Below are positions 28,021 to 37,457 of a stretch of DNA of 64,000 bases, piece by piece. Source of the stretch: Burkholderiales bacterium (GTDB lineage: Bacteria; Pseudomonadota; Gammaproteobacteria; Burkholderiales; SG8-41). Below the pieces are notes generated by a model. That model searched no databases and was not told the DNA's origin. It saw only the letters and a program-made list of their open reading frames with translations. Position 1 is the stretch's first letter, and each line of letters begins with the position of its first letter. Where the stretch lies: positions 10,810 through 74,809 of the forward strand of contig JAHCAG010000005.1 of the NCBI GenBank assembly GCA_019635015.1, read 5' to 3'. The translations under genes and the position numbers were made by a program.

Positions 28021-28980
28021 CTACTTCTTCGGCGCGTATTTGCGCATGGCGTCAAGCTCGCCCTTCATGAAGGCGGCGGCGCCGGCGGCCGGCACGAAGC
28101 TGGCCGCATCGGCAAACTGTTCCTTCAGCCAGGCCTTGTAGTCGTCGGTCGCGGCGACCTTGGCGAGGGCGTCGGATACCGCCTTTACCCGCGCCGGATC
28201 GGTGCCGGCTTTCATGATGATGGCGCGGAACTGGTTGATGATGATGTCGTGGCCGAGTTCCTTGCCGGTGGGCACGTCCTTGAAGTCCGGGAAACGCTTG
28301 TCAGCAAATATCACCACCGGCCGCATCTGTTTGCTGTCGAGGAAGCTCTTGACGTCGCCCAGCTGCTCGTAGACCAGGTCGGCGTGGCCGCCCAGCACAG
28401 AGGTGTAGCGCTCCGCCGGTTTCGGGAACGGTACCGACTGCATTTTCAGGCCCTTGCCGGTGAAATAGAGCACGTGCAGGTCATCCGCGCTGCCGAAACC
28501 GGTGACGCCGACTTTGAGCGGACGTTTTTTGGCTTCGGCTTCGACGTCTTTCCAGGTCTTGAACGGGCTGTTTTCCGCCACCATGAAGGCCGAGGGCTGC
28601 TGGATCATGATCGCCGCCGGCACAAAGTCCGCAAGCTTCCACTTGGTGGCGGGCTCCATCTGCAGTGCCAGTGTGTCGGCGATGAACACCGAGATCGAGT
28701 AGCCGTCGTTGGCAGAGGTCAGCATCTTGGTGAGGCCGGTCTGCCCGGTGGCGCCGGCAACATTGATCACCGGCAGCGATACGCCGAGCGCTTTTTCGAG
28801 TCCGGGGCCGATCTTGCGCGCGAGCTGATCGGCACCGCCGCCGGGTCCCCAGGGCACCACGAATTCGATGGGGCGTGTCGGATATTTTTCCTGCGCGGCT
28901 GCCGGCGTGGCGATGGTGAGCGCACCAGCAGCGGTGATGCAGGCTGCGAGCAGGGTCCTGCCTGTCAATGCGGTATTCAT
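28021..28980 (-). CDS. tctC: Bug-family (TctC) periplasmic substrate-binding receptor
   Basis: 319 aa from ATG 28980 (AGGAGA upstream). Signal peptide, then YPTRPIEFVVPWGPGGGADQLAR, characteristic of Bug/TctC proteins. Confidence 0.85.
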   Translation of the reverse strand: MNTALTGRTLLAACITAAGALTIATPAAAQEKYPTRPIEFVVPWGPGGGADQLARKIGPGLEKALGVSLPVINVAGATGQTGLTKMLTSANDGYSISVFIADTLALQMEPATKWKLADFVPAAIMIQQPSAFMVAENSPFKTWKDVEAEAKKRPLKVGVTGFGSADDLHVLYFTGKGLKMQSVPFPKPAERYTSVLGGHADLVYEQLGDVKSFLDSKQMRPVVIFADKRFPDFKDVPTGKELGHDIIINQFRAIIMKAGTDPARVKAVSDALAKVAATDDYKAWLKEQFADAASFVPAAGAAAFMKGELDAMRKYAPKK

Positions 28981-29152
28981 GCGATCTCCTTTGGTGTTGT
29001 GGCTGCTTCGCGCGCCGTCTTTTTTATATGCGATCGTGCGATCCGTCGCTCCACGCGCAACGTCAAGGGTAGATGAAAGCGCCGCGGCAATGCAAACGCT
29101 TTCATTCGGCGTCGGATCCGTTGCGCCGGTCGTCATGGCGCGTTGTGGAATG

Positions 29153-29175
29153 CGCAATAAAAACAAAGCATTGCG
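29153..29175 (+). repeat. AT-rich box copy M7 (CGCAATAAAAACAAAGCATTGCG)
   Basis: In the divergent tctC / homospermidine synthase intergenic region. The arms CGCAAT/ATTGCG are inverted repeats. Confidence 0.6.
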
Positions 29176-29325
29176 AAATTCCTGCGAGCGCCGCATGGCC
29201 GGTCGCAGATGACGCCGGCATTGGCGAAGTGGTCCCGCGGCCGCAGGCCGCCGTCATTGCTGTGCCGGCCGGGTAAATGTTGTTAGACTCCGGGTTCTCG
29301 AAAAACGACAACACCAGTTTATGAA

Positions 29326-30741
29326 ATGGCAGATCAGAAATATTTCAAATTCCCGGGGAAAATCGTTTTCGTCGGTTTCGGTTCGGTCGCGCAGGGCGTA
29401 TTGCCGTTGCTGTTGCGCCACATCGATATTCCGAAGGAGCGCATCTCCATCATCACGGGCCACGATCGTGGCCGCGCCGAGGCTGAAGCCTTCGGCATCC
29501 GCTACGAAATAAATCCTCTCACGCGCGAGAACTACCGCGCGATCCTCGGCTCCAGGCTGGAACGGGGCGATTTCCTGATCAACCTGTCCGTCGACGTGGC
29601 AAGTTCCGCGTTGATCGAGTTCTGCTGCGAGAAAGGTGTTCTTTACACGGACTCCTGCATCGAGCCCTGGGTGGGCGGTTACACCGATCCGTCGGTTTCC
29701 GCGTCGCGCCGCTCGAACTACGGCCAGCGCGAGGAAGTGCTCGGGTTGCGCAGGAAATTTCCGTCCGGCCCGACAGTGATCCCGACCCATGGCGCGAACC
29801 CCGGACTCATTTCGCATTGGGTGAAGCAGGCTCTGGTCAACCTGGCGCGCGACATCCTCGGGCGCGAGGAGATCCCCGGTTCAAGGGAGGCATGGGCGAA
29901 TCTGGCGATGGAACTGGGCATCAAGTCCATCCACTGCTCCGAGCGCGACACCCAGTACGCGATGCCGCGCAAGCGTCCGGGCGAATTCGTCAATACCTGG
30001 TCAGTCGACGGCTTCATCGGTGAGGGTTCGCAGCCCTGCGAACTGGGCTGGGGCACGCACGAAAAGCATTTTCCGCCGGAAGGGCGGCATCATGATTACG
30101 GCTGCAAGGCGGCGATTTACCTGAATCGTCCCGGTGCCTCGGTGAAAGTGCGTACCTGGACGCCGAACGAAGGTGCCTTCCACGGTTTCCTGATTACCCA
30201 CGGCGAAGCGATTTCGATTTCCGATTATCTGACCGTTCGCGATGGGGGCAAGGTGATCTACAGGCCGACCTGCCATTACGCCTACCATCCCTGCGACGAC
30301 ACCGTGCTGTCGGTGCACGAACTCGCCGGGCGCAACTGGATAGGACAGGAGCAAAGGCGTTTGTACCGGGACGAGATCACCGAGGGCGTGGATGAGCTCG
30401 GCGCGCTGCTGCTCGGACACAAGAAAGGGGCCTACTGGTACGGCTCGCAATTGTCGATCCACGAAGCACGCCGTCTGGCGCCTCATAACAATGCCACCAG
30501 CCTGCAGGTGGCGGCCGGCGTGCTGGGTGGCGTGGTGTGGGCGATGGAAAATCCGCAGGAAGGCATCATCGATCCGGACGACATGGATTACCGCCGTGTG
30601 CTCGAGATCGCCAATCCCTATCTTGGCAAGCTGGTTGGGGCCTATTCGGACTGGACGCCGTTGCAGGGGCGCAACCATCCCTTCGAGGAGGATCTGGATG
30701 CGTCGGACCCGTGGCAGTTCAAGAACATCCGCGTGACCTGA
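29326..30741 (+). CDS. hss: homospermidine synthase (saccharopine-dehydrogenase-like NAD-binding fold)
   Basis: 471 aa. N-terminal KIVFVGFGSVAQGVLPLL Rossmann motif, THGANPGLISHWVKQAL, and length and pattern as I recall for bacterial HSS. Confidence 0.8.
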   Translation: MADQKYFKFPGKIVFVGFGSVAQGVLPLLLRHIDIPKERISIITGHDRGRAEAEAFGIRYEINPLTRENYRAILGSRLERGDFLINLSVDVASSALIEFCCEKGVLYTDSCIEPWVGGYTDPSVSASRRSNYGQREEVLGLRRKFPSGPTVIPTHGANPGLISHWVKQALVNLARDILGREEIPGSREAWANLAMELGIKSIHCSERDTQYAMPRKRPGEFVNTWSVDGFIGEGSQPCELGWGTHEKHFPPEGRHHDYGCKAAIYLNRPGASVKVRTWTPNEGAFHGFLITHGEAISISDYLTVRDGGKVIYRPTCHYAYHPCDDTVLSVHELAGRNWIGQEQRRLYRDEITEGVDELGALLLGHKKGAYWYGSQLSIHEARRLAPHNNATSLQVAAGVLGGVVWAMENPQEGIIDPDDMDYRRVLEIANPYLGKLVGAYSDWTPLQGRNHPFEEDLDASDPWQFKNIRVT

Positions 30742-30776
30742 GGACGGCGGCGGCAACCCGCTGCTGCTGACCGGGC

Positions 30777-31316
30777 ATGGCCTCCGCCAATTTGCCTTCC
30801 CATGCCACAATCAGCACGCCCTCGGCTTGGGTGCAGCGTTTTGCGCCCATGGTGAAGGCGGGCGGTACGGTGCTTGACATCGCCTGCGGACACGGACGGC
30901 ATGCCCTGTTTTTTGCGGATCGCGGATACCGGGTGGACGCTGTAGACCGGGATCCGGATGCGATTGCCACGCTGTCCGCCAGCGCGGCGGTGACGGCCCT
31001 GTGTGCTGACATCGAGACGGGCCCCTGGCCGTATGCCGGCCGTGCCTTTGACGCCGTGGTGGTCACCAATTACCTGCATCGTCCGCTGTTTCCCTTGGTG
31101 ATGGCGGCGCTGGCGCCCGGCGGCGTGCTGATCTATGAAACCTTTGCGCAGGGCAATGAAGCCTACGGCCGCCCGTCAAACCCGGATTTCCTGCTGCGGC
31201 ACGGTGAGTTGTTGCAGGTGGTGGGGGCTGCGCGGGTGCTGGCCTACGAGGATCTGGTCGTGGATGACCCCAAACCGGCGGCGGTGCAGCGGATTTGCGC
31301 TGTAAGCCGGAGGTAA
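30777..31316 (+). CDS. class I SAM-dependent methyltransferase
   Basis: 179 aa. Motif I VLDIACGHGRHALFFA and post-I DAVD. Confidence 0.7.
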   Translation: MASANLPSHATISTPSAWVQRFAPMVKAGGTVLDIACGHGRHALFFADRGYRVDAVDRDPDAIATLSASAAVTALCADIETGPWPYAGRAFDAVVVTNYLHRPLFPLVMAALAPGGVLIYETFAQGNEAYGRPSNPDFLLRHGELLQVVGAARVLAYEDLVVDDPKPAAVQRICAVSRR

Positions 31317-31438
31317 GCAAAAATCAGGAAAAGCCGTTGTAATTCAGACGGTTTTCGCGCTGCAGCAGTCCTCCATCCAAATTGACCGGGTAGCGCTCAC
31401 CCGGTAAAATCTCGCGGTTTAATCGGGCCGGGCCGGAA

Positions 31439-32200
31439 ATGCGGGTCAAGTTTGTAGCAGGCAACTGGAAAATGAACGGCAATCGGGCCTCCAACGAAGC
31501 CCTGTTGACGGATCTGGTGCCGTTATTGGCCGGAATTTCCGGTGTGGAAAGCGTTATCTGCCCGCCGTTTGTCTATCTGCAGCAGGTGCTGTCACTGATC
31601 GGCGGCACAAAAACCGCGCTCGGTGCCCAGGATCTTTGCCAGTTCGGCAACGGTGCCTACACCGGCGGCGTGTCTGCGGCGATGCTGAAGGATTCCGGCT
31701 GCAGTCATGTGATTGTCGGGCATTCGGAGCGCCGCGCCTTGTTCGGCGAGACGGATGCGCTGGTGGCGGAGAAATTTGCCGTTGCCCGTGAGGCGGGCCT
31801 GGTGCCGGTGCTTTGTGTCGGCGAGACACTGGCAGAGCGTGAGTCCGGGGCGACCGAGAAGGTTGTGGACAGGCAGTTGCAGGCGGTGATGCAGCGTTGC
31901 GGCGCGGCGGCATTGCGGGATGCGGTGGTGGCTTACGAGCCGGTGTGGGCAATAGGCACCGGCAAGACGGCAACCCCGGAGCAGGCGCAGGCGGTGCACG
32001 CATTCATCCGCGGCCGAGTGGCCGCAGCGGATGCCGCGGTTGCCGCGGAAGTGCGGATTGTGTACGGCGGCAGCGTCAAGGCTGCCAATGCGGAACAGTT
32101 GTTTGCGATGGCGGACATCGACGGCGGCCTGATCGGAGGCGCTGCGCTGGTGGCCGGAGAATTTGCTGCGATCTGCCGGGCGGCGGCGCAGAAACATTGA
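31439..32200 (+). CDS. tpiA: triosephosphate isomerase
   Basis: 253 aa. FVAGNWKMNG, VIVGHSERR, AYEPVWAIGTG, YGGSV. Confidence 0.95.
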   Translation: MRVKFVAGNWKMNGNRASNEALLTDLVPLLAGISGVESVICPPFVYLQQVLSLIGGTKTALGAQDLCQFGNGAYTGGVSAAMLKDSGCSHVIVGHSERRALFGETDALVAEKFAVAREAGLVPVLCVGETLAERESGATEKVVDRQLQAVMQRCGAAALRDAVVAYEPVWAIGTGKTATPEQAQAVHAFIRGRVAAADAAVAAEVRIVYGGSVKAANAEQLFAMADIDGGLIGGAALVAGEFAAICRAAAQKH

Positions 32201-32216
32201 TTGAGGCGGGCATGTC

Positions 32217-32609
32217 ATGGAAGTCATGATTCTGGTGGTACACGTCATAGCGGCACTGGCCATCATCGGCGTGGTGCTGCTGCAGCACGGCAAGGGCGCC
32301 GACATGGGCGCGGCATTCGGCACCGGATCCGCGGGCAGCGTGTTCGGTTCTTCCGGATCCGCCAATTTTCTCAGCCGCACCACGGCGATACTGGCGACCA
32401 TATTTTTCGTGACGAGCCTCGGCTTGACCATTGTTTCGTCGAAGGGCACAGCGGACAAGGGTGTGATGTCGCGGCCCGTGAATTCGGCACCCTCGCCGGA
32501 TTCGCTGCCGGCGCAGATCCCGACGCCGCCGGCATCAACTCCCGCATCCGCGGTTCCGGTGCCTTCGCCGGCCGCTGCAGGTGGCGAATCCGGCGGCGCA
32601 TCGAAGTAA
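32217..32609 (+). CDS. secG: preprotein translocase subunit SecG
   Basis: 130 aa. VLLQHGKGADMGAAFG...GSANFLSRTT signature. Standard position between tpiA and tRNA-Leu/nuoA. Confidence 0.9.
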   Translation: MEVMILVVHVIAALAIIGVVLLQHGKGADMGAAFGTGSAGSVFGSSGSANFLSRTTAILATIFFVTSLGLTIVSSKGTADKGVMSRPVNSAPSPDSLPAQIPTPPASTPASAVPVPSPAAAGGESGGASK

Positions 32610-32647
32610 GCCGGGGTTTTCAGCGGCAGGTTTTACAGGCAGTTGCG

Positions 32648-32732
32648 GTCGACGTGGTGGAATTGGTAGACACGCCGTCTTGAGGGGGCGGTGGCGAAAG
32701 CCGTGAGAGTTCGAGTCTCTCCGTCGACACCA
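32648..32732 (+). tRNA. tRNA-Leu (anticodon GAG)
   Basis: Hand fold. Acceptor GTCGACG/CGTCGAC + A + CCA. D-arm GGTGGAATTGGTAGACAC. Anticodon stem CCGTC/GGCGG with loop TTGAGGG. Long variable arm. T-arm GAGAG-TTCGAGT-CTCTC. Confidence 0.9.
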
Positions 32733-32802
32733 GGCAGAAGCAGTGCAGGCGTTCCGGGAGCAGCGGGGCGCGGGTTTCAGAAAAAATCGCATAAGGCAGC
32801 AG

Positions 32803-33171
32803 ATGCTGGAAGGTTATTTTCCGATTCTGATGTTCATCGCCGTGGGCCTGGCCTTCGGCGTGGCCCCGATTGTTGCCGGCTGGGTCGCCAGCCGTGCGGT
32901 CGGCTCGCACAAGCCCGATCAGCAGAAACTTTCACCCTACGAGTGCGGCTTCGAGGCCTTCGAGGACGCGCGCATGCGTTTCGACGTGCGTTATTACCTC
33001 GTCGCGATCCTGTTCATCCTGTTCGATCTGGAGATCGCTTTCCTGTTTCCCTGGGCCGTCGTGCTGCAGGAAATCGGGATGTTCGGCTTTGTTTCCATGA
33101 TGATTTTCCTTGCCATTCTGGTTGTCGGATTCATCTATGAATGGAAGAAAGGGGCGCTCGAATGGGAATGA
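32803..33171 (+). CDS. nuoA: NADH-quinone oxidoreductase subunit A
   Basis: 122 aa from ATG 32803. LSPYECGFE and [11 protein letters not shown] motifs. Confidence 0.9.
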   Translation: MLEGYFPILMFIAVGLAFGVAPIVAGWVASRAVGSHKPDQQKLSPYECGFEAFEDARMRFDVRYYLVAILFILFDLEIAFLFPWAVVLQEIGMFGFVSMMIFLAILVVGFIYEWKKGALEWE

Positions 33172-33200
33172 CCGTATGGAAATGGTGCAGGGGGTGACCC

Positions 33201-33692
33201 ATGGGCGCAGTTGAAGCCATCAACCACGACCTGAACGAACGCGGATTTTTCACCACCTCGGTGGACTCGCTGGTGAACTGGACACGTACCGGCTCGCTGT
33301 GGCCGATGACCTTCGGCCTGGCCTGTTGCGCGGTGGAAATGATGCATGCCGGCGCGGCGCGTTATGACCTCGACCGTTTTGGCATCGTATTCCGTCCCAG
33401 CCCGCGCCAGTCCGACGTGATGATCGTCGCCGGCACCCTGTGCAACAAGATGGCGCCGGCGCTGCGCAAGGTCTATGACCAGATGGCCGAGCCGCGCTGG
33501 GTGATCTCGATGGGGTCCTGCGCCAACGGCGGCGGTTATTACCATTACTCCTACTCGGTGGTGCGCGGCTGCGACCGCATCGTGCCGGTGGACATCTACG
33601 TGCCGGGCTGCCCTCCGACGGCGGAAGCGCTGCTCTACGGCATCATCCAGCTGCAGAACAAGATCAAGCGCACCAACACCATTGCCCGCTAG
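33201..33692 (+). CDS. nuoB: NADH-quinone oxidoreductase subunit B
   Basis: [32 protein letters not shown] (N2 cluster ligands). Confidence 0.95.
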   Translation: MGAVEAINHDLNERGFFTTSVDSLVNWTRTGSLWPMTFGLACCAVEMMHAGAARYDLDRFGIVFRPSPRQSDVMIVAGTLCNKMAPALRKVYDQMAEPRWVISMGSCANGGGYYHYSYSVVRGCDRIVPVDIYVPGCPPTAEALLYGIIQLQNKIKRTNTIAR

Positions 33693-33720
33693 CCGCAACG
33701 CCAGCCTCCTACCGCCAGCC

Positions 33721-34335
33721 ATGACCACCCGTAACGAAAACCTGATTGCCGCGCTGCAGACCGTGCTTGGCGAAAAGCTTGTCAGCGCCGAGAACAGGCT
33801 GGGTGAGGTCACCGCAGTGGTCGGGGCCGGCGACCTGCTGGCGGCCTGCGCCGTGCTGCGCGATGATCCCGCGCTTCGTTTCGAGCAGCTGATCGACCTT
33901 TGCGGCATGGACTACAGCGACTACCGGGAAGGTGAATGGCAGGGGCGGCGCTTCGCGGTGGTCTACCACCTGCTGAGTGTTTCCCTGAACCAGCGCGTCA
34001 GGCTGCGGGTTTTTGCGCCGGACGACGATTTTCCGGTCCTGGAGTCGGTGATCGGCGTATGGTCTTCGGCCAACTGGTACGAGCGCGAGGCTTTCGACCT
34101 CTACGGCATCATGTTCACCGGCCATCCCGACCTGCGCCGGCTGCTGACTGATTACGGCTTCATCGGCCATCCCTTCCGCAAGGACTTCCCGTTGTCGGGC
34201 AATGTCGAGATGCGCTACGACCCGGACCAGAAGCGGGTGATCTACCAGCCGGTGACCATCGAGCCGCGCGTGATCACGCCGCGCATCGTGCGCGAGGAGA
34301 ATTACGCGGACTCCGAAGGCTTCCGCAAGGGCTGA
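33721..34335 (+). CDS. nuoC: NADH-quinone oxidoreductase subunit C
   Basis: 204 aa from ATG 33721. [26 protein letters not shown]. Confidence 0.9.
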   Translation: MTTRNENLIAALQTVLGEKLVSAENRLGEVTAVVGAGDLLAACAVLRDDPALRFEQLIDLCGMDYSDYREGEWQGRRFAVVYHLLSVSLNQRVRLRVFAPDDDFPVLESVIGVWSSANWYEREAFDLYGIMFTGHPDLRRLLTDYGFIGHPFRKDFPLSGNVEMRYDPDQKRVIYQPVTIEPRVITPRIVREENYADSEGFRKG

Positions 34336-34336
34336 C

Positions 34337-35590
34337 ATGGCTGAGATCAAGAACTACACGATGAATTTCGGGCCGCAGCATCCGGCGGCCCACGGCGTGC
34401 TGCGCCTGGTGCTGGAGCTCGACGGCGAGGTCATCGAGCGCGCCGATCCGCATATCGGCCTGCTGCACCGCGCGACCGAGAAGCTTGCCGAGAACAAGAC
34501 CTTCATCCAGTCGGTGCCGTACATGGACCGCCTCGACTACGTGTCGATGATGGCCAACGAGCACGCCTATGTGATGGCGATCGAGAAGCTGCTCGGCATC
34601 GAGGCGCCTGAGCGCGCGCAGTACATCCGCGTGATGTTTGACGAGATCACCCGGCTGCTGAACCATCTGCTCTGGCTCGGCTGCCACGGCCTCGACATCG
34701 GCGCGATGACGGTGTTCCTTTACTGCTTCCGCGAGCGCGAGGACCTGTTCGACATGTACGAGGCGGTGTCGGGTGCGCGCATGCACGCAGCCTACTACCG
34801 TCCGGGCGGCGTCTACCGCGATCTGCCGGATTCGATGCCCCAGTACTCGGCTTCGCGCATCCACAATGCTGCGGCGATCAGGGAGCTCAACGAAAACCGC
34901 CAGGGCTCGCTGCTCGACTTCATCGAGGATTTCACGCAACGTTTTCCGGCCTATGTCGACGAGTACGAAACCCTGCTCACCGACAACCGGATCTGGAAGC
35001 AGCGCACGGTCGGCATCGGCGTGGTGTCGCCGGAACGCGCGCTGCAGCTGGGATTCACCGGCGCGATGCTGCGCGGCTCGGGCATAGCCTGGGATCTGCG
35101 CAAGAAGCAGCCATACGAGGTCTACGACCGCATGGAGTTCGACGTGCCGGTGGGCGTCAACGGCGACTGTTACGACCGTTACCTGGTGCGCGTCGAGGAA
35201 ATGCGGCAGTCGAACCGCATTGTCCGGCAGTGCGTCGAGTGGCTGCGGAAAAATCCCGGCCCGGTGATGGCCGACAGCCACAAGGTGGCGCCGCCGTCGC
35301 GGGTGGCGATGAAGACCAACATGGAAGAACTGATCCACCACTTCAAGCTGTTCACCGAGGGCATGCACGTGCCGCCGGGCGAGGCTTATGCGGCGGTGGA
35401 GCACCCCAAGGGCGAGTTCGGCATCTACCTGGTGTCTGACGGTGCCAACAAGCCGTACCGGCTGAAGATCCGGGCGCCGGGTTTCGCGCACCTGGCAGGG
35501 CTGGACGAGATGGCGCGCGGCCACATGATCGCCGACGTGGTGGCGATCATCGGCACCCAGGACATCGTTTTCGGGGAGATTGACCGGTGA
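34337..35590 (+). CDS. nuoD: NADH-quinone oxidoreductase subunit D
   Basis: 417 aa. [15 protein letters not shown], ending GEIDR. Confidence 0.95.
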   Translation: MAEIKNYTMNFGPQHPAAHGVLRLVLELDGEVIERADPHIGLLHRATEKLAENKTFIQSVPYMDRLDYVSMMANEHAYVMAIEKLLGIEAPERAQYIRVMFDEITRLLNHLLWLGCHGLDIGAMTVFLYCFREREDLFDMYEAVSGARMHAAYYRPGGVYRDLPDSMPQYSASRIHNAAAIRELNENRQGSLLDFIEDFTQRFPAYVDEYETLLTDNRIWKQRTVGIGVVSPERALQLGFTGAMLRGSGIAWDLRKKQPYEVYDRMEFDVPVGVNGDCYDRYLVRVEEMRQSNRIVRQCVEWLRKNPGPVMADSHKVAPPSRVAMKTNMEELIHHFKLFTEGMHVPPGEAYAAVEHPKGEFGIYLVSDGANKPYRLKIRAPGFAHLAGLDEMARGHMIADVVAIIGTQDIVFGEIDR

Positions 35591-36075
35591 ACGCGCCGAT
35601 GATCCTGTCTCCCGAGTCGCTGGCGAAGATCGACAAGGCTGTGGCCAAGTATCCGCCTGAGCGCAAGGATTCGGCGGTGATGGCGGCGCTGACCATCGCG
35701 CAGGCCGAGAAGGGCTGGCTGTCGACCGAAACCATGGATTTTGTCGCGCAGTACCTGGGCATGCCGCCGGTCGCGGTTTACGAGGTTGCGACCTTCTACA
35801 CGATGTATGACCTGAAGCCCGTAGGCAGGCACAAGCTGACAATCTGCACCAACCTGCCCTGCGCGCTGCAGGGGGCGACCCATGCCGCGGAGCACCTGAA
35901 GAAGGCGCTGGGCATCGGTTTCAATGAAACCACGGCCGATGGCCGCTTCACGCTGAAGGAAGGCGAGTGCATGGGCGCCTGCGGTGACGCGCCGGTCATG
36001 CTCCAGAACAACCACAGGATGCTGTGCGCGATGAGCCCGGAGAAGATCGACCGGCTGTTGAAGGAGCTCGAATAA
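35587..36075 (+). CDS. nuoE: NADH-quinone oxidoreductase subunit E
   Basis: ICTNLPCAL ... CMGACGDAP 2Fe-2S ligands. GTGA overlap with nuoD. Confidence 0.9.
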   Translation: MNAPMILSPESLAKIDKAVAKYPPERKDSAVMAALTIAQAEKGWLSTETMDFVAQYLGMPPVAVYEVATFYTMYDLKPVGRHKLTICTNLPCALQGATHAAEHLKKALGIGFNETTADGRFTLKEGECMGACGDAPVMLQNNHRMLCAMSPEKIDRLLKELE

Positions 36076-37388
36076 TGGGCCTGCCGACTCCTCCCTTCGC
36101 CGGCGAGATTTTCGGGCCGGACGCCCTGATCATGAAGGGCGTCAACGGCAGCAACTGGCGCCTGAAGGATTACGAGGCCCGCGGCGGTTACTCGGCGCTG
36201 AAGAAGATCCTCGGCGAGAAGATGCCGCCCGACAACATCATCAACGAACTCAAGAAGTCGGCGCTGCGCGGCCGCGGCGGCGCCGGGTTTCCGACGGGCC
36301 TGAAATGGAGCTTCATGCCGCGCCAGTTCCCGGGGCAGAAATACCTGGTGTGCAATTCCGACGAGGGCGAGCCGGGCACATTCAAGGACCGCGACATCCT
36401 GCGCTACAACCCGCACATCCTAATCGAAGGCATGATCATCGGCGGCTACGCGATGGGCATCACCGTGGGTTACAACTACATCCACGGCGAGGTGTGGGAG
36501 GTCTATGAACGTTTCGAGGAGGCGCTGGAAGAGGCGCGCGCCGCCGGTTACCTCGGCGACAGGATCCTCGGCAGTGATTTCTCGTTCCAGCTGCATGCCC
36601 ACCACGGCTTCGGCGCCTACATCTGCGGGGAGGAAACCGCGCTGCTCGAGTCCCTTGAGGGCAAGAAGGGCCAGCCGCGTTTCAAACCGCCGTTCCCGGC
36701 GAGTTTCGGCCTCTACGGCAAGCCGACGACGATCAACAACACCGAGACCTTTGCCGCGGTGCCGTGGATCATCAACAACGGTGGCGAGGCCTTCCTCAAC
36801 ATGGGCAAGCCCAACAACGGTGGCACCAAGATTTTCTCGGTGTCCGGCGACGTGGCGCGGCCCGGCAATTTCGAGGTGAAGCTCGGTACGCCCTTCGCGC
36901 AGCTGCTGGAGATGGCGGGCGGCATGCGTGACGGCCGCAAGCTGAAAGCTGTGATTCCCGGCGGCTCGTCGATGCCGGTGCTGCCGGCCGAGATCATGAT
37001 GGCGACCGACATGGACTACGACTCGATCGCCAAGGCGGGCTCGATGCTCGGATCCGGCGCCGTGATCGTGATGGACGAGACGCGCTGCATGGTGAAGTCG
37101 CTGCTGCGCCTGTCGTACTTCTACTACGAGGAGTCCTGCGGGCAGTGCACGCCCTGCCGCGAGGGAACCGGCTGGCTCTACCGCATGGTTGACCGCATCG
37201 AGCATGGCAAGGGGCGGCCCGAGGATCTCGACATGCTCGACAACGTGGCGCAGAACATCCAGGGCCGCACCATTTGCGCGCTGGGTGATGCGGCGGCGAT
37301 GCCGGTGCGTGCGTTCCTGAAGCACTACCGCGACGAATTCCAGTACCACATCGACCACAAGAAGTGCCTGGTCGCACCTTATGTCTGA
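36075..37388 (+). CDS. nuoF: NADH-quinone oxidoreductase subunit F
   Basis: 437 aa from ATG 36075 (TAATG overlap with nuoE). [25 protein letters not shown]. Confidence 0.95.
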   Translation: MGLPTPPFAGEIFGPDALIMKGVNGSNWRLKDYEARGGYSALKKILGEKMPPDNIINELKKSALRGRGGAGFPTGLKWSFMPRQFPGQKYLVCNSDEGEPGTFKDRDILRYNPHILIEGMIIGGYAMGITVGYNYIHGEVWEVYERFEEALEEARAAGYLGDRILGSDFSFQLHAHHGFGAYICGEETALLESLEGKKGQPRFKPPFPASFGLYGKPTTINNTETFAAVPWIINNGGEAFLNMGKPNNGGTKIFSVSGDVARPGNFEVKLGTPFAQLLEMAGGMRDGRKLKAVIPGGSSMPVLPAEIMMATDMDYDSIAKAGSMLGSGAVIVMDETRCMVKSLLRLSYFYYEESCGQCTPCREGTGWLYRMVDRIEHGKGRPEDLDMLDNVAQNIQGRTICALGDAAAMPVRAFLKHYRDEFQYHIDHKKCLVAPYV

Positions 37389-37415
37389 TCCGCGCCTATT
37401 GACCCTCACCCCCGA

Positions 37416-37438
37416 CCCCTCTCCCGAGGGGAGAGGGG
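37416..37438. repeat. GC-rich perfect hairpin (REP-like) in the nuoF-nuoG spacer
   Basis: cccctctccc (37416-37425) - gag - gggagagggg (37429-37438). 10-bp stem. Confidence 0.5.
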
Positions 37439-37457
37439 AGATACGTGAGCATGTGCC

